NCBI RefSeq assembly: GCF_009914755.1
Contig: NC_060935.1
Length of the DNA: 64,000 nucleotides
Strand: one strand, 5' to 3'
DNA from: the human T2T-CHM13v2.0 reference genome, Homo sapiens
Shown: in pieces, positions 25,052 through 43,904 of the stretch
Layout: every line of letters begins with the position of its first letter
Position numbering within the stretch: position 1 is the stretch's first letter
Position numbers and translations under genes: made by a program
The notes under the pieces: generated by a model
The model's input: only the letters and a program-made list of their open reading frames with translations
Told to the model about the DNA's origin: nothing
Databases searched by the model: none

Positions 25052-25108
25052 TTTATCATTGCAGGAGTCTTCCTAATAAGAGTAACAAAGTATCCGACTC
25101 GATCTGGA
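25052..25108 (+). CDS. MS4A13: MS4A13 coding exon (FIIAGVFLIRVTKYPTRSG)
   Basis: tatatccag| and |gtaagt; 57 nt, phase 0, same length as the paralogous MS4A12 exon. Confidence 0.95.
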
Positions 25109-25665
25109 GTAAGTTGAAATGTTTGAGGTATCTCTAGAAATCACTTATCACAAAGCTAAATATTAAGTTTTAATGAAAATATAACGTCTAAACAATGAAG
25201 GAATCTACCCTACCTGTAAAGTAAATGAAGGAATTAAGAATGAATCTAGAAGAACATAATTTAATATAGACAAATATACTGTATTGGTTAAAATCATGAT
25301 TACTTTATGTATAGGTTTCTAAATGTATATATAGTTTTTGTTTTGTTTGATGTTCTGCCTTTTAACATTGTGTAAACTTTATAATTAAAAAATTTTAATA
25401 GGACCTAATGCCTTTAGATATAGACATTATACTACTGTAAAACTTCATTTTCTGAACTATCCAGTTTGGGAACAAGATTGTGTCCTGTAACAAAGTACAG
25501 AATTGGTCCAGATTAAAGATCCATGCATGGTACAGGTGGATAGAATTGGGAAGAACACTTTAGAATCTTAGAGCTAAAACGTACCTTAGAAATTAGTCTG
25601 CCCTCATAATTTTACAGATAAAAAAATGATGTCTGAAGATACTGATAGATTTCCTTAGATAATGA

Positions 25666-26115
<450 letters not shown>

Positions 26116-26362
26116 CCAAAAAATACAATATGTTTTAGCCTAAATGGAAGATTAATGATTAATGGACTGATGGTGTTAATGTTTCCTCCAGATTAACTGG
26201 GCTTCATATAAATCAGAAAAATATTTTCTTAATATTTAATACTTCTAAGACTTCAGAAACTAGATCAAAGTTTTAACTAGATGAGTTTTTTCAGCAATGC
26301 AAACTATTACACCAAAATGTTTATTCTGAATATAATAAATTTGCCCTCTGTCTCCTTTTCAG

Positions 26363-26482
26363 ATTATAAGTACTTTAATCATAAACATCATCTGCATAAT
26401 TACTACAATTACTGCAGTAACTCTAACAATAATAGAGTTGTCTCATTTTAATTCTGTGTCATACAGGAATTATGGACAAGCA
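26363..26482 (+). CDS. MS4A13: MS4A13 coding exon (TM3; IISTLIINIIC...YRNYGQA)
   Basis: ctccttttcag| and |gtaagt; 120 nt, phase 0. Confidence 0.95.
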
Positions 26483-27083
26483 GTAAGTGACCAATTCTAT
26501 GGGAACATATTAATTTTAAAATTATTCTTTTTAATAATTTTGAAATCTTAGGAGGTAAGATGAGGCTTTTATTCGTCCTCATGAAATTCTTTGATTTAGT
26601 TGTGAGCTCTTGATTGAAAATTTTAAATCAAAAATAATTCTAGGCTGTGAGTTTTAGTAAATATTAAGAGAATGTTTGAATTCTTGACTTGCTGAATTAA
26701 AGTGAGTAAAAATTTGAAAGCTTCAGTGGCAAGTGTCTATGTATTAGGCACAGAGCCACTTAATGATTCTCTTAATACAAGAAAAGTATAATCCTGGACA
26801 ATAAAACCATTTTGCAAATAAACAAAAGAATTCTGCTACTGACACATATGGTTCAAATTGTAGACACCTAGTAATTTCTGGCTTAACATAGAATTTTTCA
26901 TACATAGCCTATCTTTGCATCTTACATAAATTTTGCTTTAAGGCCAAAAATGCTAAATATAAATAAACCTAACTTGTTTCCATTTAGTTGCCCAGTAAAT
27001 GTGAAGATTTTTACTGATAACACAATAGTTTTATTTTAATTATATTGGCTTTAAATTCAGAATCATAAAATATTAGTGGGGCA

Positions 27084-27385
<302 letters not shown>

Positions 27386-28829
27386 TATTAGTGGGGCAAA
27401 AGACCTTAGCAAAGTTAATACAAAATCTCACATTTAAAGTGAGGACAAATTGGAGTGAAACACCTTGTCTGACCAACAGAACAAAACAAATAACAATTTC
27501 AGTAATGAGTAGAAGCGTCATTACAGGTGAAGGATAAACTTCCTCCTCCTCCCCTACACACTTTCACTCCATACCTGTGACATATTATTAAGGGGGACAT
27601 CAGAGGAAAGAACCCAAACCTGGAGAACAAAACCCTGGAGGACAGTGATACAATAATAGAAAAATGCACTAATACCCCAAAATATATTATCTGTAACAAG
27701 TGATTATGTAAACAAACATGGACCAGATTTTCCCTATAAATTATAAGAAAATTGTCCAGTTGCCCTGAACATTCAATCTAGAAATCTTTAGTTCTAATTT
27801 TGAGGGCAGAGAATAGGAAAGGAGGACTTAAGTTATTAAGTGCATAATTGTTTCAAGTTATATGTCACCATTCTTATTCATAAACTTTTAATTATCAGTT
27901 TAATATGGCATAATTGCCAAGGATTGCCTTTTGCAGTCAGTGTGACAAACTATTGTAGTCTGTATTTATCTGATCTGAACTCAATGATAACGACCAGTTT
28001 TATAGTCTCTCAAAATCACAAGTTCAGCACAAGTTTGCTGTGATTAGTTACACAAAATGAGCTTGTATATTAGACTTATATCTCAAAGCCACCATCTTTT
28101 TCTAGTGTCATTACAGAATTATATACTTACACTTGCTAAGGCAGCCAACATTTTACAGGACTTTTACATGCCAACTTTTCTAACATAAGCAAGGGGCTTG
28201 GCTAAATCTACAAAGTCATCAAGTTTTCAGTGTTCCCAGGCAGGGTCAGAAAAGTGCATGCATCTGAAATATACTCCTCATATAGCAAAATGGTTAATAG
28301 TATAGATTCCAGGATCAGAGTGCACTTATTTAAATACTATCCTCAGTACTCACTGTGTGTAAACCCCTGGAAAAGTTTCTTAACTTAACTGTTTCCAAGT
28401 TTTCTTTTGTGAGAAATGAAGAAAATGCCTGCTAGTTAACTGCTCTGTTCTTTCTTCCAAACTCCCGGCCTGTTGTTTTAAAAGCTAGTTTGACTTTTCT
28501 ACTTGGCTATGTTTCTATCACTATTATATCAAACTCAACAGATATAAAATGGAAATTACTTACCTCCTCAGAAGTACTATACTGCAAGACTCCCTCGTTT
28601 CAATCTCCCACATACAAAACCTTGACATAATACCTCATCTCTTTCTACTGTCTTTATAATTACCAAATATTGCTTATTCTTCATTTAAGTATTTATTAAT
28701 TAGGGTTATCTTGGTTTTAAGTAATAGGAAATACAACCCAAGTTGACTTAAGGCAAAAAGGGTCACTTACTTTACTTAAGCTGGGTCCAGAAGCTTACAG
28801 TTTACATCATCTGCCAGGAACTCATTCAT

Positions 28830-28832
<3 letters not shown>

Positions 28833-28899
<67 letters not shown>
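28833..28899. repeat. (CT)n(GT)n compound microsatellite
   Basis: Directly visible. Confidence 0.95.
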
Positions 28900-28902
<3 letters not shown>

Positions 28903-28998
28903 CCGTTTCCTCAGTTTTCATATTTGAGCTGCTCTGGCCAACCTTTTGCCGCTTTCAGTCAGGGAGGGAGTTTTAGAATAGCACTCTCATATAAATTA

Positions 28999-29322
<324 letters not shown>

Positions 29323-30816
29323 AAGGAATATGGGTAAAATGACTTTTCACAGTCTTGTCAGCTAAGAGGTCCCAAGTACTTTCTAGCTAAAATGTTATGA
29401 TTATGATTGTGCATTTCTGCCAACAAAATTAAATCAAAATTATTTACCTTGGTATTTCAAACTTTCTACATCTTTTCCTTATCCTCCTGTTTATATCATA
29501 TATGAATGAACACTGTAATTCAGTTAAAACCTGTTTTTCATTTTCTCAAAATGTTATATTGCTTACACTCAGTTTTGTTCTCACATTAAAAACCATAGGT
29601 TGTTCAAATATGTATTTTAGCTTTACTACTGGTTGTATTTTATGTCTCAATTTTTAAATTATTTTGTCACACTTTTAATTTATGCTATTAAACTCTTTCT
29701 GAAACAAGATAGGTTACAAGGAAACAAGCAAATAAAAATTTAAAGTTGCCTAGAATGCTGTTTCCTTCCTTCGTTTTTCTCAGTCCTACCCTTATTTCAA
29801 AGGTCCTACCACTTTATGAAGCCTTCCCAGAGAGTAATAGCTTGGAGTGAACCTCCTGTCCCTCCTGTCCCCTATAATGATTGAGCAAGTTTTTATCCAT
29901 TTTTTATGGTACCTTATATTATCTTTCTGTCTCTTCTACTTCATTATAAACTCTAAGAAATCAGGTAGTTATGTGTCATTGCATTCCTATCATCTAATTC
30001 CTACTACCAGATAGTTTCTTGAATATAAAAGATATTAAATAAACCAAACAAAGAAGGAGGAGGAAGAGTTAGAGAAGGAATTGAAAGGGAGAGAATTATG
30101 ATGTCATTCTTTCTAGTTCTGAGTATCATTCTTGTCTTTCCACAGCCAGCACAAAACCCACATTTTCAGGATGAGTACCAATATTATTCACATAACTAAC
30201 CAATCGGATTTGTAGTTGAAAATATCTTTCTGATAGCAACAGAAGGGAATCTGTTTTATTTATCCCAGCAGTCACAATCACCTTATGCTTCCAAGTTAAA
30301 TGTTCTTTGAACTCTTTTTGAATGTATTAATCATTTTAAATGATATTAGAGCAATATATATGTGAGAGTTTTATCACCATGTATGTAAATTTAAGAAGGG
30401 TTGTGATTAATAATAGCTGTTTTAATAGAAAAGGATTGCTTGATAAATCTGTTGGTGGCCATCTTATCATTAGAGACAGGAAAGTCAAATCTTACTAACT
30501 GGAGAGTTTAGATAGTGAGCTGTGCCAGCGACTCTGTAAAAGCTGTCAGAAGTGAGACAAGAATGCTAAGCAATGGAGATCAAATGCAGAAGCCACAGAT
30601 GCTGAATTGAGGAACTGAAAGCTAGGGAAAGTGTAGCAGAGGGCAAAGGAGTAGAAATGTCTAAGGAAATCAGATGGTGAAAGGTTTATCTGTTCTTATT
30701 TTCCTTCCTTTTTTTTTTTTTTTTTTTGACTCTCATACCAGTAGCTCCTTCCATGATCATGTTTGCACTCACTAAAGATAATAGCATTAAGATTTCTCCC
30801 TGTTTTTTGGTTATAG

Positions 30817-30912
30817 AAACTTGGGAGGGAAGTATCACGTATTTTACTGTTCTTCTATGGTTTGGAATTTTCTATTGCACTTACACACTCAATATACAGC
30901 TGTTCCAATTTG
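30817..30912 (+). CDS. MS4A13: MS4A13 coding exon (TM4; KLGREVSRILLFFYGLEFSIAL...CSNL)
   Basis: ttggttatag| and |gtaagt; 96 nt, phase 0; LEF motif. Confidence 0.95.
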
Positions 30913-32148
30913 GTAAGTGTTTACCCACTCTCTGGCAAATCAAAAGATGTTGATTTCTAGTAACTACACTCTATGAGAAGATGAAGTGCACTGATACAAA
31001 ATATTTAGAACTAATATAAATGGAATGTGTGATATTGCCTTTATTTTTTATTTTTGTTATTTTATAAATAGAAAGCATAAAATTATAACAGTAATACATG
31101 AAACTACATTTAAAAGCAAAAAGCATATAGAGTAAAAAGTGATTTTTCTTTAATATAGTTCTCATCGTATCCACACATCCAATTCTATACAAAAAAAGAC
31201 GAATACACACACATTCTCTTTACTAATTGTATGTATTATATTCACATTATTTTGTCACATTCATTTTTTGCAATGATTAGAAATATCTTTCCATTACAAA
31301 ACATATCTAAATAATGCCTTTTATTGCCTTCATTGTTTTTCTTAGTATTTAGCATTCCCTAATTACTGCATATGTAGCTTGGTTTCCAGTTTTTTCTAAA
31401 TTATAAACAATGATGCAGTGAACATTTGAGTATAAATATTTTTGCATACAGGACCACTAATTCTTTAGGTGTTTGATTCCTAGAAATGTCATTGCAGGAT
31501 CAAGTGTAACAACATCCCAAAATGCTATAACAACTCACAAAAGTTTATGAGAATGATTATTTTCTCACAAGCTTAAAAGACTACATATCTAACATTCATT
31601 CATTCTTTCTCAAATATTTACGGAGAGCATGCTATTTGCTAGGCATTGTCATAGGCACTAAGGATGCAATGATTAACAAAACAATGGCCTCTCCATTAGG
31701 GAGTTTGCATTCCACTGGGGGAGAAAGGCAATAAACAAACACATAAAATTATAAAATGTCAAGAACTGAAAAATGTTATGAAGTAAAATAAAGCAAACTA
31801 AGGAGATAAGGCAAGATTATTTTATGTAGGATGGTCAAGGAAGACTACTATGATCAACAACTGATTGAAATACAGAAACAACTATAAGACTACATGGTAA
31901 AAGGATTTCTGAAGAGAGGGAATGAGTTGCATTTCCAGAATGGCTGATTGAGGACATGGTAACTCTCCCTAAAAATGAAATTATAAAACTGAACAAAATT
32001 GTCAATGAACAACCTTCTAAAGATTCAGGAAGTTGACCAAGCATACAAGAACTTGAGAAGTGTTTATTTAAGAAAATCTACTGGACCTCAGTAAGAACAG
32101 TGCATGTCTGTGGCATGTTAGCTTGGGACTGTTCCCACTCTTCCCACC

Positions 32149-32521
32149 TGATATGGTTAGGCTTTGTGTCCCCACCCAAATCTCATCTTGAATTGTAATC
32201 CCCAGGTTTTGAGGGAGGAACCTGATGGGAGGAAACTGGATCATGGGGGCAGTTTTCCCCATGCTATTCTCATGATAGTGAGTGAGTTCTCATGAGATCT
32301 GATAGTTTTATAAGTGTTTAGCAAGTTCCTCATTCACTCAGTCTTCTTTCTCCTGCTGCCATGTGAAAAAGTCCTTGCTTCCCCTTTGCCTTACGCCATC
32401 ATTGTAAGTTTCCTGAGGTCTCCCCAGCCATGTGGAACTGTAAGTCAATTAAACCTCTTTCCTTTATAAATTACCCAGTCTTGACAAGTTTGTTATAGCA
32501 GTGTGAAAACAGACTAATATA
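32149..32521 (+). mobile_element. THE1D/MST-type solo LTR
   Basis: tgatatggtt ... gactaatata; perfect 5-bp TSD CCACC. Confidence 0.9.
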
Positions 32522-33029
32522 CCACCCCACCCTCAGATTCCGTTATGCAGAAGTTTACCTTGGTGGGTCAGACTGTGAGGCCCAGCAGCCTCATTGCTTG
32601 AGATGACTAGTTTTATTTGGAACAGAGCTCAGAAAGTTCCATGACCAAAAGCGTTATTAAAACAACAGTAATCCCAGTGACAAACAAGCAGATAAGGCCA
32701 AGGTCACTCCTAGCCTGACTAAGATCGCAATACTTGTTGGGGCAAAAAATTTACTAGCAACCAACCAGAAACTCAACAGAGAAATTTGAAGAACAGGACA
32801 GCCACAGTGGACCTTGATAACTTCCTACTTTTCCCCTGTAGTCTGGAAGAATATAAATATGTGCAAAGCTATACACATACTAAGGAGACAGGAGAAGGTC
32901 CTAGTGAGCCCTTGGTTGAACAAGAGGCCTTGCAAAAATAAAGTAAAAGCTGGGGCAACCTCAACTTTGAATATATTGCTCAAGCTACACTGATTCATTG
33001 GGAAAGGGTAGAAGTCTTACTGGCTCAAG

Positions 33030-33380
33030 GTGTCTAATACTTTCCTAGAGCTTCTATAACAAAGCACCACAGACTGTAGCTTAAACAACAAACTTATTTT
33101 CTTACAATTCTAGAGGCTAGAAGTTCAAGATCAAGGTGTTGGCAGGGTTAGTTTCTTCTGAGGCATCTCTCTTTGGCTTTCACTTGGCTGTCTTCTCCCT
33201 GTGTTTTCACATGGTCTTCTCTTTATTTGTCTGTGTCCTAGTCTCTTCTAAGCTCACCAGTCATATTAGATTAGGGCTCATTCTAATTACCTTATTATAA
33301 CTTCATTGCCAATTAAAAGACCCTATTTCCAAATACAGTCACATTCCAAGGTACTGGGAGTTAGGACTTCCAGTATTCCA
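33030..33380 (-). mobile_element. MLT1 LTR
   Basis: ataacaaagcaccacagact ... aagttcaagatcaaggtgttggcagg ... aaatacagtcacattc. Confidence 0.75.
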
Positions 33381-33848
33381 AGATACTAACCACTGGTATT
33401 GCTAACCACCACTCCTGGGAAATGAGGCAATCAGAATCTAAAATTGCTACCATATATTATCTAAAATGTCCAGTTTTCAACAACAAAAAGTATGCAAATA
33501 ATAATAGTTACCCATAGGGTTCAAAACAACACTTAATAGACATAGCGTCTTTGAGCAAGGGAAGAATAAATGTTGGACTTAACAAAGAAAGGCTTCAAAA
33601 ATTAGTAAAGTAGGTTGGAGGAGCCAAGATGGCCGAATAGGAACAGCTCCGGTCTACAGCTCCCAGCATGAGCGACGCAGAAGACGGGTGATTTCTGCAT
33701 TTCCATCTGAGGTACCAGGTTCATCTCACTAGGGAGTGCCAGACAGTGGGCGCAGGCCAGTGTGTGCACGCACCGTGCGCGAGCCGAAGCAGGGCGAGGC
33801 ATTGCCTCACCTGGGAAGCGCAAGGGGTCAGGGAGTTCCCTTTCCGAG

Positions 33849-34064
33849 TCAAAGAAAGGGGTGACGGACGCACCTGGAAAATCGGGTCACTCCCACCCGA
33901 ATATTGCGCTTTTCAGACCGGCTCAAAAAACGGCGCACCAGGAGACTATATCCCATACCTGGCTCAGAGGGTCCTACGCCCACGGAATCTCGCTGATTGC
34001 TAGCACAGCAGTCTGAGATCAAACTGCGAGGTGGCAGCGAGGCTGGGGGAGGGGCGCCCGCCAT
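33849..34064 (-). CDS. L1 ORF0, intact 71 aa (MAGAPPPASLPP...CVRHPFL)
   Basis: Antisense ORF in the L1 5' UTR matching the primate ORF0 peptide. Confidence 0.85.
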   Translation of the reverse strand: MAGAPPPASLPPRSLISDCCASNQRDSVGVGPSEPGMGYSLLVRRFLSRSEKRNIRVGVTRFSRCVRHPFL

Positions 34065-34519
34065 TGCGCAGGCTTGCTTAGGTAAACAAAGCAGCCTGGA
34101 AGCTCGAACTGGGTGGAGCCCACCACAGCTCAAGGAGGCCTGCCTGCCTCTGTAGGCTCCACCTCTGGGGGCAGGGCACAGACAAACAAAAAGACAGCAG
34201 TAACCTCTGCAGACTTAAGTGTCCCTGTCTGACAGCTTTGAAGAGAGCAGTGGTTCTCCCAGCACGCAGCTGGAGATCTGAGAACGGGCAGACTGCCTCC
34301 TCAAGTGGGTCCCTGACCCCTGACCCCCGAGCAGCCTAACTGGGAGGCACCCCCCAGCAGGGGCACACTGACACCTCACACGGCAGGGTATTCCAACAGA
34401 CCTGCAGCTGAGGGTCCTGTCTGTTAGAAGGAAAACTAACAACCAGAAAGGACATCTACACCGAAAACCCATCTGTACATCACCATCATCAAAGACCAAA
34501 AGTAGATAAAACCACAAAG

Positions 34520-35456
34520 ATGGGGAAAAAACAGAACAGAAAAACTGGAAACTCTAAAACGCAGAGCGCCTCTCCTCCTCCAAAGGAACACAGTTCCTCA
34601 CCAGCAACGGAACAAAGCTGGATGGAGAATGATTTTGACGAGCTGAGAGAAGAAGGCTTCAGACGATCAAATTACTCTGAGCTACGGGAGGACATTCAAA
34701 CCAAAGGCAAAGAAGTTGAAAACTTTGAAAAAAATTTAGAAGAATGTATAACTAGAATAACCAATACAGAGAAGTGCTTAAAGGAGCTGATGGAGCTGAA
34801 AACCAAGGCTCGAGAACTACGTGAAGAATGCAGAAGCCTCAGGAGCCGATGCAATCAACTGGAAGAAAGGGTATCAGCAATGGAAGATGAAATGAATGAA
34901 ATGAAGCGAGAAGGAAAGTTTAGAGAAAAAAGAATAAAAAGAAATGAGCAAAGCCTCCAAGAAATATGGGACTATGTGAAAAGACCAAATCTACGTCTGA
35001 TTGGTGTACCTGAAAGGAATGTGGAGAATGGAACCAATACAGAGAACGCCACAAAGATACTCCTCGAGAAGAGCAACTCCAAGACACATAATTGTCAGAT
35101 TCACCAAAGTTGAAATGAAGGAAAAAATGTTAAGGGCAGCCAGAGAGAAAGGTCGGGTTACCCTCAAAGGAAAGCCCATCAGACTAACAGTGGATCTCTC
35201 GGCAGAAACCCTATAAGCCAGAAGAGAGTGGGGGCCAATATTCAACATTCTTAAAGAAAAGAATTTTCAACCCAGAATTTCATATCCAGCCAAACTAAGC
35301 TTCATAAGTGAAGGAGAAATAAAATACTTTATAGACAAGCAAATGCTGAGAGATTTTGTCACCACCAGGCCTGCCCTAAAAGAGCTCCTGAAGGAAGTGC
35401 TAAACATGGAAAGGAACAACCGGTACCAGCCACTGCAAAATCATGCCAAAATGTAA
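34520..35456 (+). pseudogene. L1 ORF1, disrupted
   Basis: 937 nt instead of 1017: 80-bp frameshifting deletion at ~35037, plus a premature TAA at 35214-35216. Confidence 0.93.
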
Positions 35457-35492
35457 AGACCATCGAGACTAGGAAGAAACTGCATCAACTAA

Positions 35493-39347
<3,855 letters not shown>

Positions 39348-39549
39348 ACAATGAGATCACATGGACACAGGAAGGGGAATATCACACTCTGGGGACTGTG
39401 GTGGGGTCGGGGGAGGGGGGAGGGATGGCATTGGGAGATATACCTAATGCTGGATGACACGTTGGTGGGTGCAGCGCACCAGCATGGCACATGTATACAT
39501 ATGTAACTAACCTGCACAATGTGCACATGTACCCTAAAACTTAAAGTAT

Positions 39550-39582
<33 letters not shown>

Positions 39583-40585
39583 CAAAGTTGAACTCATAGA
39601 AGCAGAAGGTAGAATGATGAATACCAGAGGCTGGGGGCCGATGGGGCATAGATGAGGCAAAAAGGTGTTGATCAAAGGCCATACAGTTTTCGTTAGACAG
39701 GAGGAGTAAGCTTTAGGGATCAATTACGTAGACTGGGGACTATAATAACTAATCATGCACTGGATATTCCAAAACTACCAAAAGAGTTGATTTTAAATGT
39801 TTTCATCACAAAGAAAAGTAGTAAGTATATGAGGTTATGAATTTGTTAATTAGCCTGATTTAATCATTCCACCCTGTAAACATATCAAAACATCACATTG
39901 TACCCCATAAATATATCTGCAATGATTATGTCAATTAAAAATAAAATTTTAAGAAATAAAAATAAAAAAAAAATTGCAGGGACAGTACAGAAATTTTTTT
40001 CCCTGAATTATTTGAAGGTAAGTTGCCAGCCTGGTGTCCCATCTATCCTATGAGAGGCAGAATTTTAAGATAATCCCTATGACTTTCACCTCCTGGGGTT
40101 ACTCCTATCACTATGTTACATGACACAGCAAAAAGGAAATTATCTGGGTAGGCCTAATCTAAGCCCCTAAGCTCTTTAAAAGGAGAAAGTTTTATCTGGC
40201 TGATGGCAGAAAGGGAAGTCAGAGAGATTTGAATCATGATAAGGGTTGAATGCATCTCCATTGCTGGCCTTGAAGGTGGAGGGGGCCACATGCAAGGACC
40301 AGAAAGAAGCCTCTAGGAGCTGAGAGCAGCTGCCTGTCAAAAACCAGCAAAGAAATGGAGCCATCAGTTCTACAACTGCAAGGAACTGAGTTCTGCAAAC
40401 AACCTGAATGATCTTAGAAGGGGATTCTTCTCCTGGCCCTCCAGATAATAGCCCAGGACAGCCAACAACTTGATTTCAGTCTTGGGAGACCCTAAGCAGA
40501 AAACCAGCTGAGGCTACCCAGAATACTGACTTGCAGAACTATGAGTTAATAAATGAGTGTTGTTTCAAAAAAAAAAAAAAAAAAA
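39583..40585 (+). other. L1 3' transduced segment (L1MA-like 3' end, short linker, MLT1 LTR 40051-40566) followed by a second polyA
   Basis: Lies between the L1 A tail and an A19 tract followed by the TSD TTAGTAAAGTA. Confidence 0.88.
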
Positions 40586-40597
40586 TTTAGTAAAGTA

Positions 40598-41470
40598 AAT
40601 ATGTTTGAAGAATTATAAGATGGCAACAATGATTCATCAAATAAAAGTCAATAAAAGAGACAGAAATTATAAAAAACCCAATGGAGGTTCTAGAGTTTAA
40701 AAATACAAGAACTGAAATGAAAAACCACTAGAGGAACTCAAGAACAGAGGTGAGCTGACAAAAAACAAAATAAACAGACAAAAAGAGAGCAAAAAAGATA
40801 TTGCCCAGTCCGAAGAACAGGAAAAAAAGAAAATGAAGAAAACTGTACAGAACCTCAAAATCCTTTGAGATACCATCACATGTATAATGGGAGTCCCATA
40901 AAAATGGGGAGTACCAGAAAAAAAATTAAAGAAATAATGGCTCCCAAATTCCCCTAATTTCATGGAAAACATTCAATACATCCAAAAAGCTCAAGGATCT
41001 TCAAGTAAAATAAACACAAAGAGATCCTCCTAGACACCTCCATGTCAAACTGATAAAAAAGAAAATCTTGAAAGCAGCAAAAAAAAAAATAAAAACAAGA
41101 CTCTTCATATATAAGGGAACCACAATAATATAAACAGCTGGGTTCTCATCCAAAACAATGGAGGCCTGAAGGTAGTGGAATGGGATATTAAAGTGCAGGG
41201 GGAAAAACAGTCAGGCAGGAATTCTTTATCCTTTAAAACTATCCCTCAAAAATGAAGGTGAAATACAGACATACACAGATGAATAATGTGTTGCTAGCAG
41301 AAATTCCTCATGAGAAACACTAAAGGAAGTTCTTTAGACTGAAGTGACATCAGATGAAACTCAAATGCACATGAATAAATAAAAAAAGTGCCAGTAAAAG
41401 TAATTATGTAGGTGGTTATGAAAATCAGTATAAATACATCTTTTGTGTTTTCTTCTGTTAACTGATTTAA
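40598..41470 (+). mobile_element. Old L1M ORF1-region fragment; host of the young L1, continuing from ~33430-33612
   Basis: Degenerate L1M ORF1 sequence reads continuously across the TSD. Confidence 0.7.
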
Positions 41471-42042
41471 AAGACAGTAGCATTAATTGCATTGGGCTCA
41501 CCCAGGTAATCCAGGATGATTACCTTAATTTAAGGTCGTGTTATTAGTAACATTAATTCCATCTGTCATAACTACTCAGCTCCACCTTTTAGCATGAAAG
41601 TATTCATAGACAATACATAAAGGAATGGATATGGCTTGTTCCAGCAAAACTTTATTTGCAAAAACGGGAGTGGGCTAGATTTGGTCCATGTATCATAGCT
41701 TGCCAACCCTTCTTCAATAGACAGTTTCTCAATTTTTCTCTTAAATTTTAAAAGATAAGATTATAAAAGCAGTAATTATAACACCATATTGGTAGTTACA
41801 TAATATATATAGATAGAATAGATGACAATAATAGCACAAAGAAAAGGAAAGGGAATGAGTTATATGGGAATAAAGTTGCTGTATTTTACTGGAATTGAAT
41901 TAGCATTCATCTGAAGTAGACTGTGATAAATTAGGGTGCTTATTCAGTGATTAAGCAAGCTAAAAATATAATAGCTTAAAAACAAGGGAATTAACATACA
42001 CAAAGTATGTTTAATTTTTAAAAAATAAAGAAAGAACACAAT

Positions 42043-42350
42043 GGCCAGGCTTGGTTGGTTAACACCCATATTCCCAGCATTTTGGGAGGCCAACTCGGGA
42101 AGACCATTTGAGCCCAGGAGTTCAAGACCAGCCTGGGCAACATGACGAGACCTCATCTCTACAAAAAAGTAAAAATAAAAACACTAGCTATGCATAGTGC
42201 CACATGCCTGTGGTCCCAGCTACTTAGGCAGCTGAGGTGGGAGGATCACTTGGAACCCAGGAGGTCAAGGCTGCAATGAGCCATATTCAGGCCACCGTAC
42301 CCCAGTGTGGGTGACAGAGTAAAACCCTATCTCACAAAAAAAAAAAAAAG
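42043..42350 (+). mobile_element. AluJ
   Basis: J diagnostics (tttgagcccaggag, gaggtcaaggctgca). Confidence 0.88.
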
Positions 42351-43194
42351 GAAAGGAAAAGAAAACACATGAGACGTGTATAAAACAAATAATAAAATGT
42401 CAGATATAAATCTATTCATTGTAATAATAACATTAAAATGACAGAGATATTTTAAAGTACCTACTGGAATGACTGAATTTCAAACTATTGACAATGCCAA
42501 CTGATAGCAAAGATTGTAGATAAAAGAAATATCTCTCAAACTCCTAGTTGAAATATAAGTTATTGCAACAATTTTTAAAACCTTTTGGGCATTACCTACT
42601 AAAAATTAAAATGTGCATACCCTATGATCAGTAATTTAAGTCTTTGGTATATAACCAACAGAAATGTTTGCGCTTATGCATTAAGATAAACTTCCAGGAA
42701 TATATAGAGAGCAGTATTATTCATAGTAGTCCCAAAGTGGAAACAACACAGGTGGGTGAGTGATGAATAAGTTGAGGTGTATTACTTCATTCAAATTTGA
42801 CATGGTGATTAAAAGCAACTATACCTGCACTTAACATCATGGATGGATCTTACAAATAAAATGTTGAGTATAAAAACTCAAAAGAATGCATACTTGTAAA
42901 AAAATCCATTCATATGAAGTTTGAAACCAGGTAAAACTAAAGCTAACCTATAGTGTTTAGGGATGAAGCTTAGTTGATGAAACTAGAAAAAAAATTGACC
43001 TTATCTAAAAGTCAAAATGACCATTACCTTGAAGGGAAGGAATAGGTAATGGTTGAGAAATGTCATGAGAGGCTAGGGTGCTGGCATCTATTAAGATTTA
43101 TGTTCAAGAAGACTATGGTTATTTTTATTATAAAAGTTTGAAGGTACACCAAAAGATACAAGTGATCCAACAGAAATTAAGAAAGTAGGTTGAA

Positions 43195-43510
43195 GGCTGG
43201 GCATGGTGGCTCACACCTGTAATCATAACACTTTGGGAGTCTGAAGCAGGAGGATCACTTGAGGCCAGGAGTTCAAGATCAGCTTGGTCAACATGGTGAA
43301 ACCCCGTCTCTACTAAAAATACAAAAAAATTAGCCAGGCATGGTGGCACAGGCCTGTAATCCTAACTACTCGGGTGGCTGGGGCATGAGAATCGCTTGAG
43401 TCTGAACCTGAAAGAGAGGTGGTTGCAGTGAGCCGAGATCGCACCACTGCACTCCAGCCTGGGCGACATGACCTTGAAAACAGAACAAGACCTTGAAAAA
43501 AAAAAAAACC
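43195..43510 (+). mobile_element. AluS with an expanded tail
   Basis: Alu dimer; near-TSD aagaaagtaggttgaa / aagaaataaggttgaa. Confidence 0.88.
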
Positions 43511-43750
43511 CAAGGAAGGAAGGAATGTAGGAAGGAAAAAGAGAGAGAGAGAAAGAAAGAAGAAAGGGAAGAAAGGGAGGAAGGGAGGAAGGAAAGAAAG
43601 AAAGGAAGGAAGGAAAGGAAGGAAGGAGAAAGAAAAAGAGAAAGAAAGAAAGAAAAAGGAAAGAAAGAAAGAGAAAGAAAGAAGAAAGGGAGGAAGGGAG
43701 GAAGGGAAGAAAGAAAGAAAGAGAAAGAGAAAGAAAGGAAGAAAGAAATA
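43511..43750. repeat. GA-rich polypurine tract (GAAA/GGAA)n
   Basis: About 240 bp, almost entirely purine. Confidence 0.95.
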
Positions 43751-43904
43751 AGGTTGAAATAGGAATGGGACAGAAATAGGATACTTTAAGATTTCACTCT
43801 ATAAATATCAGTATTACCTGTATTTTTTAAGAAAAAGATCTATTTATTAGTTGTATAATTTTAAGAAACATGATATGATTTGTAAGAGGTTACTTTTTTT
43901 CCAG

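Noticed and set aside
43493-43762. 89-aa K/E/R-rich ORF
   Set aside because: Translation of the GA-rich microsatellite.
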